A DNA stretch of 64,000 nt from assembly GCF_001194135.2 (NCBI RefSeq), contig NC_068992.1:25125402-25189401 (forward strand), written 5' to 3'. The notes below the pieces were generated by a model. The model did no database searches, was not told the origin of the DNA, and worked only from the letters and a program-made list of their open reading frames with translations. The number at the start of each line of letters is the position of its first letter. Positions within the stretch are counted from its first letter, which is position 1. This DNA is from Octopus bimaculoides (Eukaryota). Shown here in pieces: positions 1-13,010 of the stretch. A program made the position numbers and the translations under genes.

Positions 1-39
<39 letters not shown>

Positions 40-55
40 CATGTGAACACCATGT

Positions 56-86
<31 letters not shown>

Positions 87-917
87 AGGCTGGAGCTAGG
101 GGTTAATATTAGGCCTCCAAGACCTAATATTAGGAGTTTTGGCAGTATTTCCAATGATGCGTTCATGTTGAAGTAATGCCTTTATTAGTTAGCTAGTATG
201 TAAATGGTCCACGTGGGTATATAGAATGAGAAAGTCAGACATCAAGATAGATAGAAATAGGTTGTGAGTGAGTGAATAGAAGAGAGATGAGAAAGAGAGA
301 AGAGAAAGGAATGGGATAGGTGTGGGAAAGAATGAATAAGAACGAAAGTAAAGTAAAATAAAAGAATAAGAATAAAGAGTAAGAAATAAAAAATAAAGAT
401 TGAGATATGATGCCAGTCTTATTCTTCGTAAATGTCGGTTCGGGGTGAGAGGTCAGGCGTTGAGTTTTTGGCAAATTGGATGAGGAAGATATTTGTGTCT
501 ATTAATTAAATAGCTGCAATCTAGGTTAGATGTGGTCAGAGTGAATATTTAGTTCAGTGGTCAGTAGTGATACCTAAATATAGACACCTAGCTTAAGGGA
601 GTATATATAGGAGAAAATAACTACAAATGGATAAGGCATCAGAATNNNNNNNNNNNNNNNNNNNNNNNNNNNNNNNNNNNNNNNNNNNNNNNNNNNNNNN
701 NNNNNNNNNNNNNNNNNNNNNNNNNNNNNNNNNNNNNNNNNNNNNCCTTGATGACCCTGTCCTTGATGACCCTGTCCTTTTATATCGACATCGATTTGGT
801 ATAAGTGGATCAAATTTGACAGCTGGTTTCATTAAGAAATTACTGACATTAAACAACGTTCGATTTTCATGCCATAAAGTGATACGAACAAGTCGGTATG
901 CATACATATATATGTGC

Positions 918-950
<33 letters not shown>

Positions 951-1039
951 TGTATGTATGTATGTATGTATGTGTGTATGTGTGTATGTATGTATGTATG
1001 TAAGTATGTATGGACGGATGCATATGTGTATCACTGTCT

Positions 1040-1282
1040 TGTTGTTGTTATTTAATTTGCTTTGCGGGAAGGACTGTTTCAACGAAGTCGGGTATTGCCC
1101 ATGCCTTCGGAACGCGGACTAGATGAAACAGGGACAACTGACGAAGGGGTATACTCTTTATGTTGCATGTCTTGTTTCTCTGCTTGTTTTTTTTCGCTGT
1201 TCGAAAAAAGTACTTTTTCTATGGTATCGTTTTTATGTTTCCGTTTCTCATTGTGTTTAACGTGTTTTGATGTCCTGTACCC
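1040..1282. repeat. Unclassified interspersed repeat (family D), copy 1
   Basis: Its reverse complement matches 59388-59580: shared GGGTACAGGAC terminus next to TA-rich microsatellite, then CCTTC(A/G)TCAG(C/T)TG, CGTT(T/C)CGAAG and CTTCCCGC blocks. Confidence 0.55.
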
Positions 1283-1754
1283 ATATATGCATGTATGTAT
1301 ACATATAGATATAGGTATGTACATATATGTATGGATATGTGCATATATTTATATATCATTTATATTATATATATATCTANNNNNNNNNNNNNNNNNNNNN
1401 NNNNNNNNNNNNNNNNNNNNNNNNNNNNNNNNNNNNNNNNNNNNNNNNNNNNNNNNNNNNNNNNNNNNNNNNNNNNNNNNNNNNNNNNNNNNNNNNNNNN
1501 NNNNNNNNNNNNNNNNNNNNNNNNNNNNNNNNNNNNNNNNNNNNNNNNNNNNNNNNNNNNNNNNNNNNNNNNNNNNNNNNNNNNNNNNNNNNNNNNNNNN
1601 NNNNNNNNNNNNNNNNNNNNNNNNNNNNNNNNNNNNNNNNNNNNNNNNNNNNNNNNNNNNNNNNNNNNNNNNNNNNNNNNNNNNNNNNNNNNNNNNNNNN
1701 NNNNNNNNNNNNNNNNNNNNNNNNNNNNNATCTTGAAATAGTTAACAGTAACTT

Positions 1755-2190
1755 GTTTCAATAAAATCGCCATTGGCTTCAATCCTGGCCTCAAGACGAG
1801 TTCGGAATCTCCTGCAACTCTTCTAGACAGTCTTCCTGTTTCAGTGGCCGACTACTGCTATAATCCTTGCCTTCAGTTCATCTTAGATGTTACAAGGAGT
1901 TTTGTTGGTCTCTCGCTCAACTGTGCCCCAATATAATATTCAAAGGAGTTGCAATCGGGGGTGGGGGGTACATGGCCAGATGCTAGGGGTGATGTGATCG
2001 CAGAAATTATCTGACAGCCATGACTGGGTTCTCCTGCTTGTGTGGCATGGTACAGATTCCTGTTGCCAGCAATCATCCTCTTGACTCAGGGCACATGATG
2101 TAGGCTTCCTCCAGGCACATGATGTACGCCTCCGTGTTGAGCCTGCAACCGTGTGGGAAGATGAATGTAGGCATAACGACGCCATCACTA
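1755..2190 (-). pseudogene. Decayed mariner/maT-type (DD37D-like) transposase, C-terminal part
   Basis: Minus-strand translation gives SDGVVMPTFIFPHGCRLNTEAYIMCLEE, WQQESVPCHTSRRTQSWLSDNFCDHIT, a WPP-SPD-CN-like motif and terminal EANGDFIE. It has frameshifts and stops. Same family as 62467-62830. Confidence 0.85.
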
Positions 2191-2482
2191 GTGATTACTC
2201 CAAAGAGAAGGAAAGTGTTTGTTAAATCTTTCACCTGAAGATGTAGCTTAAATACTACATTATTTTGAAGGATGTTTTGCGTTTTGCATTAGTGCAGGCA
2301 TGCAACTAATATATTTATTAACTATAATAATATAAATTTTTTGACATGTCCTTAAGTTACGAAACAATTTGTGATGATATTAGAATTTTCTTGATGCTAA
2401 ATAAAATTACATCAAACTATATCTCTGTCATCTATGCATTATGTGCCTCTGTGTGAGTGCGTGAGTGTACTTTTGTGAGTGC

Positions 2483-2525
<43 letters not shown>

Positions 2526-2729
2526 CATACATACATACATACATACATACTTACATACATGCATACATAAATACACACAAACATATACACACGCACGCAC
2601 GCACACACGCATACACACACACACAGACAGTTATGACAGAAATACATAGACACTTTATAATGATTAGAATTTATTTAGATCTGAAATTAGAAATTCAAAT
2701 TATTTATTAATTATTATAATGTGAATATC

Positions 2730-3705
2730 TAATCTTTCGTAGACATGCCCTTTGTATTTTTCAATGCAAGGACCCTATTAAGCTTGCTACTCATCAGATG
2801 ACGAATATTCTCTTGAGGAATTTCTTGCCATGTTTCATGCAGTAATCACAAAAGATCTGGCTTTGAGGGTGCTTTATTGTTATTTTTATGAACTGACCTG
2901 TCCATTATGCCCCAGAGGTGTTCAATTGGGCTCACGCCTGGTGAATGGTTTGGCTATGGAAGCCATTCTTATCCGAGCAATCTTGGCTCTTTTTAGCTGT
3001 GTGACAAGGAGCTCCCATCTTCCATAAATCAAAAGTCTTCTTTAGACATTCCAACACTGGGGAACTTTGGAAGTTGGTCTTTCTGCAATATGAACACATA
3101 TTTAGCTGAGTTTGTATTTCCCTCACACACCACCAGCTGTGATAGACCATTTCTCCAAATTGCTCTCCAGACCATCACAGAATAGCCGCTGTGTTTCATT
3201 GTTGGCTGCAATCTTTTCACATCAAATTCTTGATCACAGAGTCTCCAGGCCCACACTCGACCACTGGCAGAAAATACAGCAAATCTGGACTCATCAGAAT
3301 CAGTGGTGTCTCCACCATCTCATGGCCCAATTTTTTCTACGCTTGATATTGGCTGGCCATAGAAGTGGCTTCCTTCTTGCTGCTCTTTCATAGTAGCCAA
3401 ATTTGTGGAGATACCTGACAGCTGTTCTGGGACTGACATCAACTTGTTCTGCTATGTCAGAGGCCTTGCAACGAGAATTATTCCTCTACACTTCTTTTAA
3501 CAAAGCGAAAGGTCCCGTGAGAGGGCCCTGATCGACCTGAACGAGGTGATGATGACTCATTCCTCTACTTGGGGAATTGCACAATCACTCTCTATTAACA
3601 GTAGAAAGAGGGATCACAAGGTTTGCTGCGATTTTACGCTGACTTAGTTCACCTTCAGATTGATTGACAATACGACCTCTTTGAAATTTGAACAGTTCCA
3701 AGGAT
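2730..3705 (-). pseudogene. Decayed Tc1-family (DD34E) transposase
   Basis: Across frameshifts the minus strand gives an HTH ([19 protein letters not shown]), PRSGR, PTMKHSGYSVMVW..LVVCEGNTNSAKY, GAPCHTAKK, NHSPGVSPIEHLWG and C-terminal WQEIPQENIRHLMSS..KGMSTK. Confidence 0.85.
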
Positions 3706-4331
3706 TTTTTTGTACAAAGCATGATTAAACGTTCACATTTAGAACCTAAAGCATGAAAATACAATTTAATAAGAAAAATATAAACCTTTTCATGTTAAAA
3801 TAAACAAAACGATGTTTTATTGTGTATCTATTTACTTCTGTCATGTGTGTTTGTGTGTGTGTGTGTGTGTGTGTATTCACATGTATATATATATACCCAT
3901 ATATATCGAGAGATTTCATAAAGTAAAGCGGCATCATTCATTATGTGGAGCCATTCATTATATCCACCATATTATAGTGACTGTAGAGGACTACTGTTCC
4001 ATCATAATATTAAGGCTTTTGTTAGCAAATGCATTCATTCTCAAATTTTGTACGTTCCTACCCGATTCCTCAATTTCTTTCTATGGTGACACAAAATATA
4101 AAAAAAAAGACGGTTATGCAATGACTGTATCATTCTAACTTCAATTGCTATTGAGTTCCATCAACAATTGACAACCTGTCTCGAACTGTCCTTGATGACC
4201 CTGTCTTTTATATCGACATCGATTTGGTAGAAGTGAATCAAAAAGTGTGTCAACCTTGACAGCTGGCTTAATTAATAGATTACATGTAACAATGTTCGAT
4301 TATCATGGCATGAAGTGCTACGGACAAGTCA

Positions 4332-4378
<47 letters not shown>

Positions 4379-4536
4379 TGTATATAAAGATATGTACATA
4401 TATATATGTATATATATATGCATGTATATAAAGATATGTACATATATATATGTATATATACATGCTTGTATATATTTATTCATATATGTATGTATATAGA
4501 TATACATATATTTATTTATATACATACATACGCACG

Positions 4537-4579
<43 letters not shown>

Positions 4580-5126
4580 ATGCCTGTATATATATATGTG
4601 TGTGTATCTATATATAGGTAGGTAGATAGATATATAGAAAGATAGATACACACACACACACACACACANNNNNNNNNNNNNNNNNNNNNNNNNNNNNNNN
4701 NNNNNNNNNNNNNNNNNNNNNNNNNNNNNNNNNNNNNNNNNNNNNNNNNNNNNNNNNNNNNNNNNNNNNNNNNNNNNNNNNNNNNNNNNNNNNNNNNNNN
4801 NNNNNNNNNNNNNNNNNNNNNNNNNNNNNNNNNNNNNNNNNNNNNNNNNNNNNNNNNNNNNNNNNNNNNNNNNNNNNNNNNNNNNNNNNNNNNNNNNNNN
4901 NNNNNNNNNNNNNNNNNNNNNNNNNNNNNNNNNNNNNNNNNNNNNNNNNNNNNNNNTATATATATATATATATATATATATCTACGTGTGTGCATGCCTG
5001 TGTATATTTGTACTGTCACACACAGAAGCACACGGACGAACAATGTTTGTGTGTGCATATATGTGCATGTCTTCCAAGTTGGTTATCGACCGTCTACACA
5101 CCTACACATGCATTTTCACACACTTT

Positions 5127-5164
<38 letters not shown>

Positions 5165-5529
5165 CACACGCACACACACGCACACACACACACACATATA
5201 CACATGCAACCCTACTAACAAACATGGCGTATTATTGGTACCACCTTCCACTCGTAAGTGTTACACGATCGACCTGGCAGCCTACATAAATCTTGCTATA
5301 TCTATGTTTATTTACCTATAATATCAATAACATGAATGAGAATCCCTTGCTATTCATAACTATAAGAAAACTTACATAGAATATCAAATATCTGTCACTT
5401 AGCTATCGTGTGATTTCATTACATATTTCCAATCCCCTTTTTTACAAATATAATCAAAGTGGGTTAGTTTTGTGGACACAGCTAAATTTATCATTTGGAG
5501 TTATCCGTTTGATATCCTTTTAATTTCAT

Positions 5530-5598
5530 GGTTGTGTGGTAGGAAGTTTGCTTCTCAACCTCGTAGTTTCAGGTTCAATCCTACAGCGTGACACCTTT
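5530..5598 (+). mobile_element. SINE family A, head fragment
   Basis: GGTTGTGTGGTAGGAAGTTTGCTTCTCAACC..GGTTCAATCC resembles the head of the full copy at 26221. Confidence 0.5.
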
Positions 5599-5687
5599 AG
5601 TTGACGCAAGCTGAAAGAAGATCGTCGTATGTATGCGTGTATGTGTGTGTCTGTGTGTGTGTGTGTGTGTGTGCGTGCGCGTGTGTG

Positions 5688-5720
<33 letters not shown>

Positions 5721-7739
5721 NNNNNNNNNNNNNNNNNNNNNNNNNNNNNNNNNNNNNNNNNNNNNNNNNNNNNNNNNNNNNNNNNNNNNNNNNNNNNNNN
5801 NNNNNNNNNNNNNNNNNNNNNNNNNNNNNNNNNNNNNNNNNNNNNNNNNNNNNNNNNNNNNNNNNNNNNNNNNNNNNNNNNNNNNNNNNNNNNNNNNNNN
5901 NNNNNNNNNNNNNNNNNNNNNNNNNNNNNNNNNNNNNNNNNNNNNNNNNNNNNNNNNNNNNNNNNNNNNNNNNNNNNNNNNNNNNNNNNNNNNNNNNNNN
6001 NNNNNNNNNNNNNNNNNNNNNNNNNNNNNNNNNNNNNNNNNNNNNNNNNNNNNNNNNNNNNNNNNNNNNNNNNNNNNNNNNNNNNNNNNNNNNNNNNNNN
6101 NNNNNNNNNNNNNNNNNNNNNNNNNNNNNNNNNNNNNNNNNNNNNNNNNNNNNNNNNNNNNNNNNNNNNNNNNNNNNNNNNNATATATACATATATATAT
6201 CTGTATCAGTGTTCTTGACTGTCTTTATAAAAAACACGATTCTCTAAAAAAAATAAGACGAAAAAAACACTGCAGATATTCACTACTTCACTGTCTACAC
6301 TTGTCTGTTTTTGGTTCCAATGGCTGTATATACTATTAGTTGGACAACGGTTGACGGGATCAATGGTCAATGAAATAGCAACATGTCATGCCAGATTACT
6401 TGCAGCATATATTACATATTCTCTGCCCCTGGTGTATTTTGAGCTACAATTTTTTCCCGTTTGTTTAATTCACATAGACATAAATTCATAGCACCGATTA
6501 CCCTGTTGTGCACTCTCACTGATTAAATAGCTCGCTTAGATGAACTGAGACTATGCTACACAACTTCATTATATGTGTGCGTGTGCGTCTGTGTGTATCC
6601 GTATGTGTGTATGCCTAAGTAAATATATCAGTATGTATGTGTACGTGTGCTTAAATGCATTAAACTTGGAAAGCTGGTATGCATAGGTGTAAGTGGTATG
6701 CATAAATAGTCAATCCATTTGTGTAATTAACTGGTTCTGTCTAAGAACCAATAGTAAAACAAACAAACAGGAACAAAAACACATAAACAATAAACAAAAA
6801 AAAACCAAATACAATTCATGTTTTTCTTGTCGAGTAACTTTTTCAACTTGTTAATTGTTGAAACAGAACCGACATCGAAAACAATCTTTACGGGCCATTT
6901 ACGTGTTATGTTACTTGCAATCATGTCAGTGGTAAACCATTTGATTTCATTGGCTAATATTCTTCCTGATGTTCTCTTTACTTTCCTTTGTCTCTTTCTC
7001 GATCTTTGGCTATCTCTGTCTCTTTATCTTTGTTTTTTTCCCTGTCATTTCGACCCATTGGCACTAATATTTCACTGCTGCAGACATAAGTGAGAAGCAG
7101 GTATTTTTCTGACAGTACCCAGCGGACATAGATCTGAAATCTATCATCCAACTCTGTTATTACCATTTAACAAACGGCGAGAGATTGGACCTCATTTCGA
7201 AATGATAGCAAAATTCTCTAACAGTTCTGTCAAAACTGCCAGTGTTATTGAATTCTCGATTTGTAATATGATAAAGGCCATTTTCTTCACACTCACTCAC
7301 ACACTCGCAACGTGAACGATATACACAGATACATTCACCCAAACGTTCAGGTAGAGATTCACATAGACGAATTCACATACACTTATCTGTCTATATATAA
7401 AGCGGTCTGGTTTCTTTGATTCCGTTTATCGACAAACACGTTTATATTTAGCTTCTTTAGAAACATTTTAGATATATTTATGACGATAATGGTTTATGTG
7501 CTTATAACTGTGTATTTGGATATAACAATGTTGTTGGTTAAAGCTATGTGTAATTATAGCTATATGTATGAGTGTATCTGCTTATGCGTATTTTTGTTGT
7601 TGCTAAGCTCCAGGCCAACTCAGATCCAGCAGAATTATAAGGAAAGACGTTTTATCCGTGACCATCTAGCCTTTTATTTAGATAGAGTGCAACGCGCATT
7701 ATATTGATTTCAAATGTTTGAACATGACAGCAATTTCGT

Positions 7740-7905
7740 ATGAGGAGTAAGTCGATTACAACGACGCCCGTCGGATGCTGGTACCTATTTTATCGAGCCT
7801 TAAAGGAATAAAGGCTACGTGGGCTTCGGCGGAATTTGAACAGCGATCGTAAAGACGGAGGAAATACGACGAAGAATTTTGCCCGGCGTGCCAGCTCACC
7901 GCCTA
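7740..7905 (-). mobile_element. SINE family M, degenerate copy
   Basis: Reverse complement of the AAGGCGGTGAGCTGGCA..TTTCGTC..GTTCAAATTCCGCCGA..GATAAAATAGGTACCAG family. Confidence 0.75.
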
Positions 7906-8261
7906 ACACGGGTGATTTTATAAAAGTGTAGTAAGATAGAATTTGAGAGACATTTGGTTCCGATTTTTAGCAAACCGCATGACCATAGTTTCTGCTATAA
8001 TAAACACTACTATTGGCTCTCCTCACAATAAAGTTAGTGCCATGTTTCTTCATATTATACAATTTGCTTGACATAACACCCGCAAATAAACAGTTTCAAG
8101 ACACCTAACGAATACGTGTCCAACAGTCTTGTCCCGTTTTACGCATTTTGGACAGTTTCGGCTGCTGGCCTCTACAAACAGTCATATGAGTTGCATTTAT
8201 CTCGAATACGCAATGTTTACGCTATAGTGTTACAAATGCCTGTGACCTTATGGTTAGGGTG

Positions 8262-8375
8262 TTGCAGCATTCACGATTGTAAGATTGGCTGGTTTCGATT
8301 CCAGGACCGGGCGATACCTTGTGTTCTTGAGCAAAACCCTTGATCTGGCACGGTTCCAGTCCAGCTGTAAACGAG
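8262..8375 (+). mobile_element. tRNA-SINE head fragment (like the variant head at 50557)
   Basis: B-box GGTTTCGATTCC followed by TTGTGTTCTTGAGCAAAAC, similar to TTGTGTCCTTGAGCAAGAC at 50627. Confidence 0.5.
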
Positions 8376-9802
8376 TATCCCTACAAACGGATTGACATCC
8401 CATTCAGGATGGCGTTCCGTTGATGAGGATGACGACTATGGCGCTGCTCAGGCGAAAAAGTCTCGGAAATTCTTCATCATACTCAACTCGAAAGTCCAGA
8501 AGAAGTATTTCAGACTGTATTTGTTGAGGCTAAGACTGACTGTCAGGCATTCATCGCTGCAGAGAATGTAAAATTTGAGTTTCAACATGGTCCAACTGGT
8601 TGAGTGTTGTGAGCGCTGGTAATATAAACGATGCCACTGTTGCAGCCTCATCCACGCTTGATCGAGGATTGTAGTTCAGTTAAATAAACGAAGGCGGAAC
8701 TTCAAGCCAAACGAGATGCATTCACCACTGTTTAGCATTATCGTCGTCCAGGAACCTGTGTAGATGTATCATACTCGCCATACGTCTGTATATCATCAAC
8801 CACGATATTTCAAGCGGTAGAAGCAAGAAGCGGCAGATAATTACGAGGTTAAGGAGGAAGAAGCTAATGATGATGATTAAAAGGAAACTGGGAGGCAGAT
8901 TAGTAGGAGGATGGCGATAATGAGAAAATTGTGAATTAGAAGAGACGGGAAGGAAGAGGAGTAGAAGAAGAGGAGAAGAAGAAGAGGAGAAGAAGAAGAT
9001 AAAGGAAGCGAAAGAGGAGGCTGAAGAGGATGGGTTTGAGAAAGAAAAAGAGAAAAGGAATGGAAAGAGAAAAAAAGGACGAGAGGTAGGACATTTTACA
9101 TGATGATGAAGCCACAAACTTGATGTCGTGGGGAAGAGCGGAGCTGCAGAGTGTCGAAGGGGGAGGCAAATTGATATCTGTGAGACTTGGAAGTAATTAC
9201 TGTGTAGGAGATAAATTTAAATATTCAGTTTTGACTCATAAATGTGGTGCAAACAATGTATGTAATCTTGTACATCACATGACTGGTTTTATCCAATGAA
9301 AACAAGGCTACATTTCCTTCTCAAACACGCTGACTAAAATGAACTCCAGATTGCCATCCTTCCTGCATATCACATGCATTTATTTTGACACAATTTTTAG
9401 CCAATACAAGACAAACAACTATGGATCATTCCGCATTTTGGCGTCCTTGAGAAATAATAATTTGGGCCATTTTCTTTTTCTTTTGTAAACAATGTCATTT
9501 TTAATTTTCGGGAGAATTTGTTGCACTGTTGGTCGGTACTACGCCGGAAGTTGACACGGTGAAGGCATTCTCATTCGCACATATATTTATGTAATGGCAA
9601 ACTCATTCAGACAAACTATTAGATTTGTTTTCCTGTCGCTGTGTATATTTACGTAACATTGTTTTTCGCATCTACATTTCTCTTTCTAATAAACACTGTT
9701 TCATTTTGACATTACACATCGAATTGCGTCAAGTTTGAGAGAAACTGACCGTTAGAAATTGTCACGAAGATCCGTCGTTACAAGACTTACAAGACACACA
9801 AA

Positions 9803-9840
<38 letters not shown>

Positions 9841-10572
9841 CACACGCACACACACAGTCACACGGGCGCGCACGCACGCACGCATATATTTCGTCAATGT
9901 ATCATACATCCCAAAAAGAAGCATACACACNNNNNNNNNNNNNNNNNNNNNNNNNNNNNNNNNNNNNNNNNNNNNNNNNNNNNNNNNNNNNNNNNNNNNN
10001 NNNNNNNNNNNNNNNNNNNNNNNNNNNNNNNNNNNNNNNNNNNNNNNNNNNNNNNNNNNNNNNNNNNNNNNNNNNNNNNNNNNNNNNNNNNNNNNNNNNN
10101 NNNNNNNNNNNNNNNNNNNNNNNNNNNNNNNNNNNNNNNNNNNNNNNNNNNNNNNNNNNNNNNNNNNNNNNNNNNNNNNNNNNNNNNNNNNNNNNNNNNN
10201 NNNNNNNNNNNNNNNNNNNNNNNNNNNNNNNNNNNNNNNNNNNNNNNNNNNNNNNNNNNNNNNNNNNNNNNNNNNNNNNNNNNNNNNNNNNNNNNNNNNN
10301 NNNNNNNNNNNNNNNNNNNNNNNNNNNNNNNNNNNNNNNNNNNNNNNNNNNNNNNNNNNNNNNNNNNNNNNNNNNNNNNNNNNNNNNNNNNNNNNNNNNN
10401 NNNNNNNNNNNNNNNNNNNNNNNNNNNNNNNNNNNNNNNNNNNNNNNNNNNNNNNNNNNNNNNNNNNNNNNNNNNNNNNNNNNNNNNNNNNNNNNNNNNN
10501 NNNNNNNNNNNNNNNNNNNNNNNNNNNNNNNNNNNNNNNNNNNNNNNNNNNNNNNNNNNNNNNNNNNNNNNN

Positions 10573-10625
<53 letters not shown>

Positions 10626-10626
<1 letters not shown>

Positions 10627-11086
10627 CGCAGCCTTGGTTTCTGCTGGGGTCTCTTTCCATTCACAAGTTCCCCATAAAGCATCTGCTTAGCGATCCTGCT
10701 ATCCTTCATTCTAATAAGGTATCCAGTCCAACGTAACCAACGTTAACACCTCATTAAAGGCCTGTGATGTGCAGGAGATTGACTGGTGGAGCAATGCTTG
10801 TCATCACCACAGAAGGGGAAAGCAGGTAAGGAGGGAACCGACACTTTTGAGAGAGCACATATTCTGCTTGAAGAACTGAAGCGTGGTGCTCGAAAGCGCA
10901 CTGCTGGTGTAGTGAATGAGGAAAGCTTGGTTTGCAATGTTGGCAATCGCGTACACTTGTCAAGAGCAGGGATCATTAGCCACCAATGGAGCCGCAAATA
11001 CAAAATATAAGTTAGTCCTAGATCGCACAATGTTCCTGAAGGTCAGCAATGGTCTTCCTCGGTCACGAGTGGACGGCCATCATATA
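10626..11086 (+). mobile_element. 5'-truncated RTE-clade LINE 3' end with inverted 5' segment
   Basis: 10626-10740 on the minus strand reads LRWTGYLIRMKDSRIAKQMLYGELVNGKRPQQKPRLRY. 10741-11010 on the plus strand continues NTSLKACD..KEGTDTFERAHILLEELKRGARKR..LVCNVGNRVHLSRAGIISHQ (decayed terminal zinc-finger-like motif), then a short 3' UTR. Confidence 0.8.
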
Positions 11087-11196
11087 TAGATATATGTATA
11101 TATGTGTATATGTATGTATGTATGCATGAGTGTGCACATGTGTACACGTGTGTGTGCGTGTAATTGAATGAGACAGCTAGTTAGCAGAGTGACCTC

Positions 11197-11395
11197 CATT
11201 TATCCACATCGATTCGTAATATACAATATTTTAAAATAGTATGAGAGAAAGAAGTAATGCTTTTCTTTCATAGTCGAACACGCTTCTAATCTGTCGCTGA
11301 AGCGTGTTCGACTAAGGACAAAGAAGCATGACTTTTCTCACTTCCAATATCTTAAAATATCGTATATTTTGAATTACGAATCTATGTGGATAGAT
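11197..11395. repeat. ~200-bp imperfect palindrome (MITE/fold-back-like)
   Basis: Arm CATTTATCCACATCGATTCGTAAT..TAGTCGAACACGCTTC pairs with GAAGCGTGTTCGACTA..ATTACGAATCTATGTGGATAGATG around a 12-nt loop. Confidence 0.75.
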
Positions 11396-11502
11396 GTAGG
11401 TAAATATATTTTAAAGTTATGCATAGTTTTTCACAAAATATAGAATATACCACTGAATATCGTAGTTTATACTTATATAGATCAAATTTAATTTACTCTT
11501 TA

Positions 11503-11718
11503 CTCTTTTACTCTTTAACTTGTTTCAGTTATTTGACTGTGGCCATGCTGGAGCACCGCCTTTAGTCGAGCAAATCGAGCCCAGGAATTATTCTTTGTAA
11601 GCCTAGTACTTATTCTATCGTCCCTTTTGACGAACCGCTAAGTTACGAGGACGTAAACACACCAGCATCAGTTGTTAAGCGATGTTGGGAGGACAAACAC
11701 AGACACACAAACACACAC
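11503..11718 (-). mobile_element. SINE family A, body and tail (head lost in gap)
   Basis: TACTCTTTT..TTGTTTCAG..GGCCATGCTGGAGCACCGCCTTTAGTCGAGCAAATCG matches the reverse complement of 26460-26660. Confidence 0.85.
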
Positions 11719-12391
11719 NNNNNNNNNNNNNNNNNNNNNNNNNNNNNNNNNNNNNNNNNNNNNNNNNNNNNNNNNNNNNNNNNNNNNNNNNNNNNNNNNN
11801 NNNNNNNNNNNNNNNNNNNNNNNNNNNNNNNNNNNNNNNNNNNNNNNNNNNNNNNNNNNNNNNNNNNNNNNNNNNNNNNNNNNNNNNNNNNNNNNNNNNN
11901 NNNNNNNNNNNNNNNNNNNNNNNNNNNNNNNNNNNNNNNNNNNNNNNNNNNNNNNNNNNNNNNNNNNNNNNNNNNNNNNNNNNNNNNNNNNNNNNNNNNN
12001 NNNNNNNNNNNNNNNNNNNNNNNNNNNNNNNNNNNNNNNNNNNNNNNNNNNNNNNNNNNNNNNNNNNNNNNNNNNNNNNNNNNNNNNNNNNNNNNNNNNN
12101 NNNNNNNNNNNNNNNNNNNNNNNNNNNNNNNNNNNNNNNNNNNNNNNNNNNNNNNNNNNNNNNNNNNNNNNNNNNNNNNNNNNNNNNNNNNNNNNNNNNN
12201 NNNNNNNNNNNNNNNNNNNNNNNNNNNNNNNNNNNNNNNNNNNNNNNNNNNNNNNNNNNNNNNNNNNNNNNNNNNNNNNNNNNNNNNNNNNNNNNNNNNN
12301 NNNNNNNNNNNNNNNNNNNNNNNNNNNNNNNNNNNNNNNNNNNNNNNNNNNNNNNNNNNNNNNNNNNNNNNNNNNNNNNNNNNNNNNNNNN

Positions 12392-12440
<49 letters not shown>

Positions 12441-12485
12441 CATATATACAGATGCACATATATATGTATGTATATATTAAATAGT

Positions 12486-12664
12486 TGTGATCGTGTGGTA
12501 AAAACCTTACTTTCCAACCACATGTTCCACTACGTGGCACCTGGGGCAAGTGTCTTCTACTGTGGACCCGGGCCAACAAATGCCGTGTGATTAAATTTAG
12601 CTGATAGATGCTGTATGGAAGGCTGTTGTCTATATGTTTGTCTATCTGTCTAAGTATCTATTTG

Positions 12665-12707
<43 letters not shown>

Positions 12708-13010
12708 GTCTATCTGTCTGTCTGTCCCTCTCTTTCTATATATACATTTGCGCTCGGGCGTGTGTTTGTCTGCTGGTGTGTACGTGTAAATGTGTATGTG
12801 TGAGAACTTATATGTGCGTGTTTATGCTTCCTCACAGCGCTGCTTGACAACCGATGTTGGTTTGCTTCAGCCCCCTCCCCGTAACTTAGCAGCTTGGCGA
12901 AAGGCATCGATAGACTTTAAAATAAATAATGGGTTCAATTTGCTTGTGCAAACCATGTAAAGCTGATCCGAAACATGGCCGCCGTCGAAAGACCGATACT
13001 AGTAACAGAT
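12486..13010 (+). mobile_element. SINE family A, old degenerate full-length copy with internal (TCTA)n/(TG)n
   Basis: Head GTGTGGTAAAAACCTTACTTTCCAACCACATG..GGGCAAGTGTCTTCTAC, body GCTTGACAACCGATGTTGG..CCGTAACTTAGC, tail CATGGCCGC. Confidence 0.65.

Noticed and set aside
86-620. Complex sequence at the window start, possibly a retroelement end
   Set aside because: No diagnostic motif or second copy in the window.
2235-2262. CTGAAGA-TGTAG..CTACA hammerhead-like start
   Set aside because: Stem II is present but no GAAA follows.
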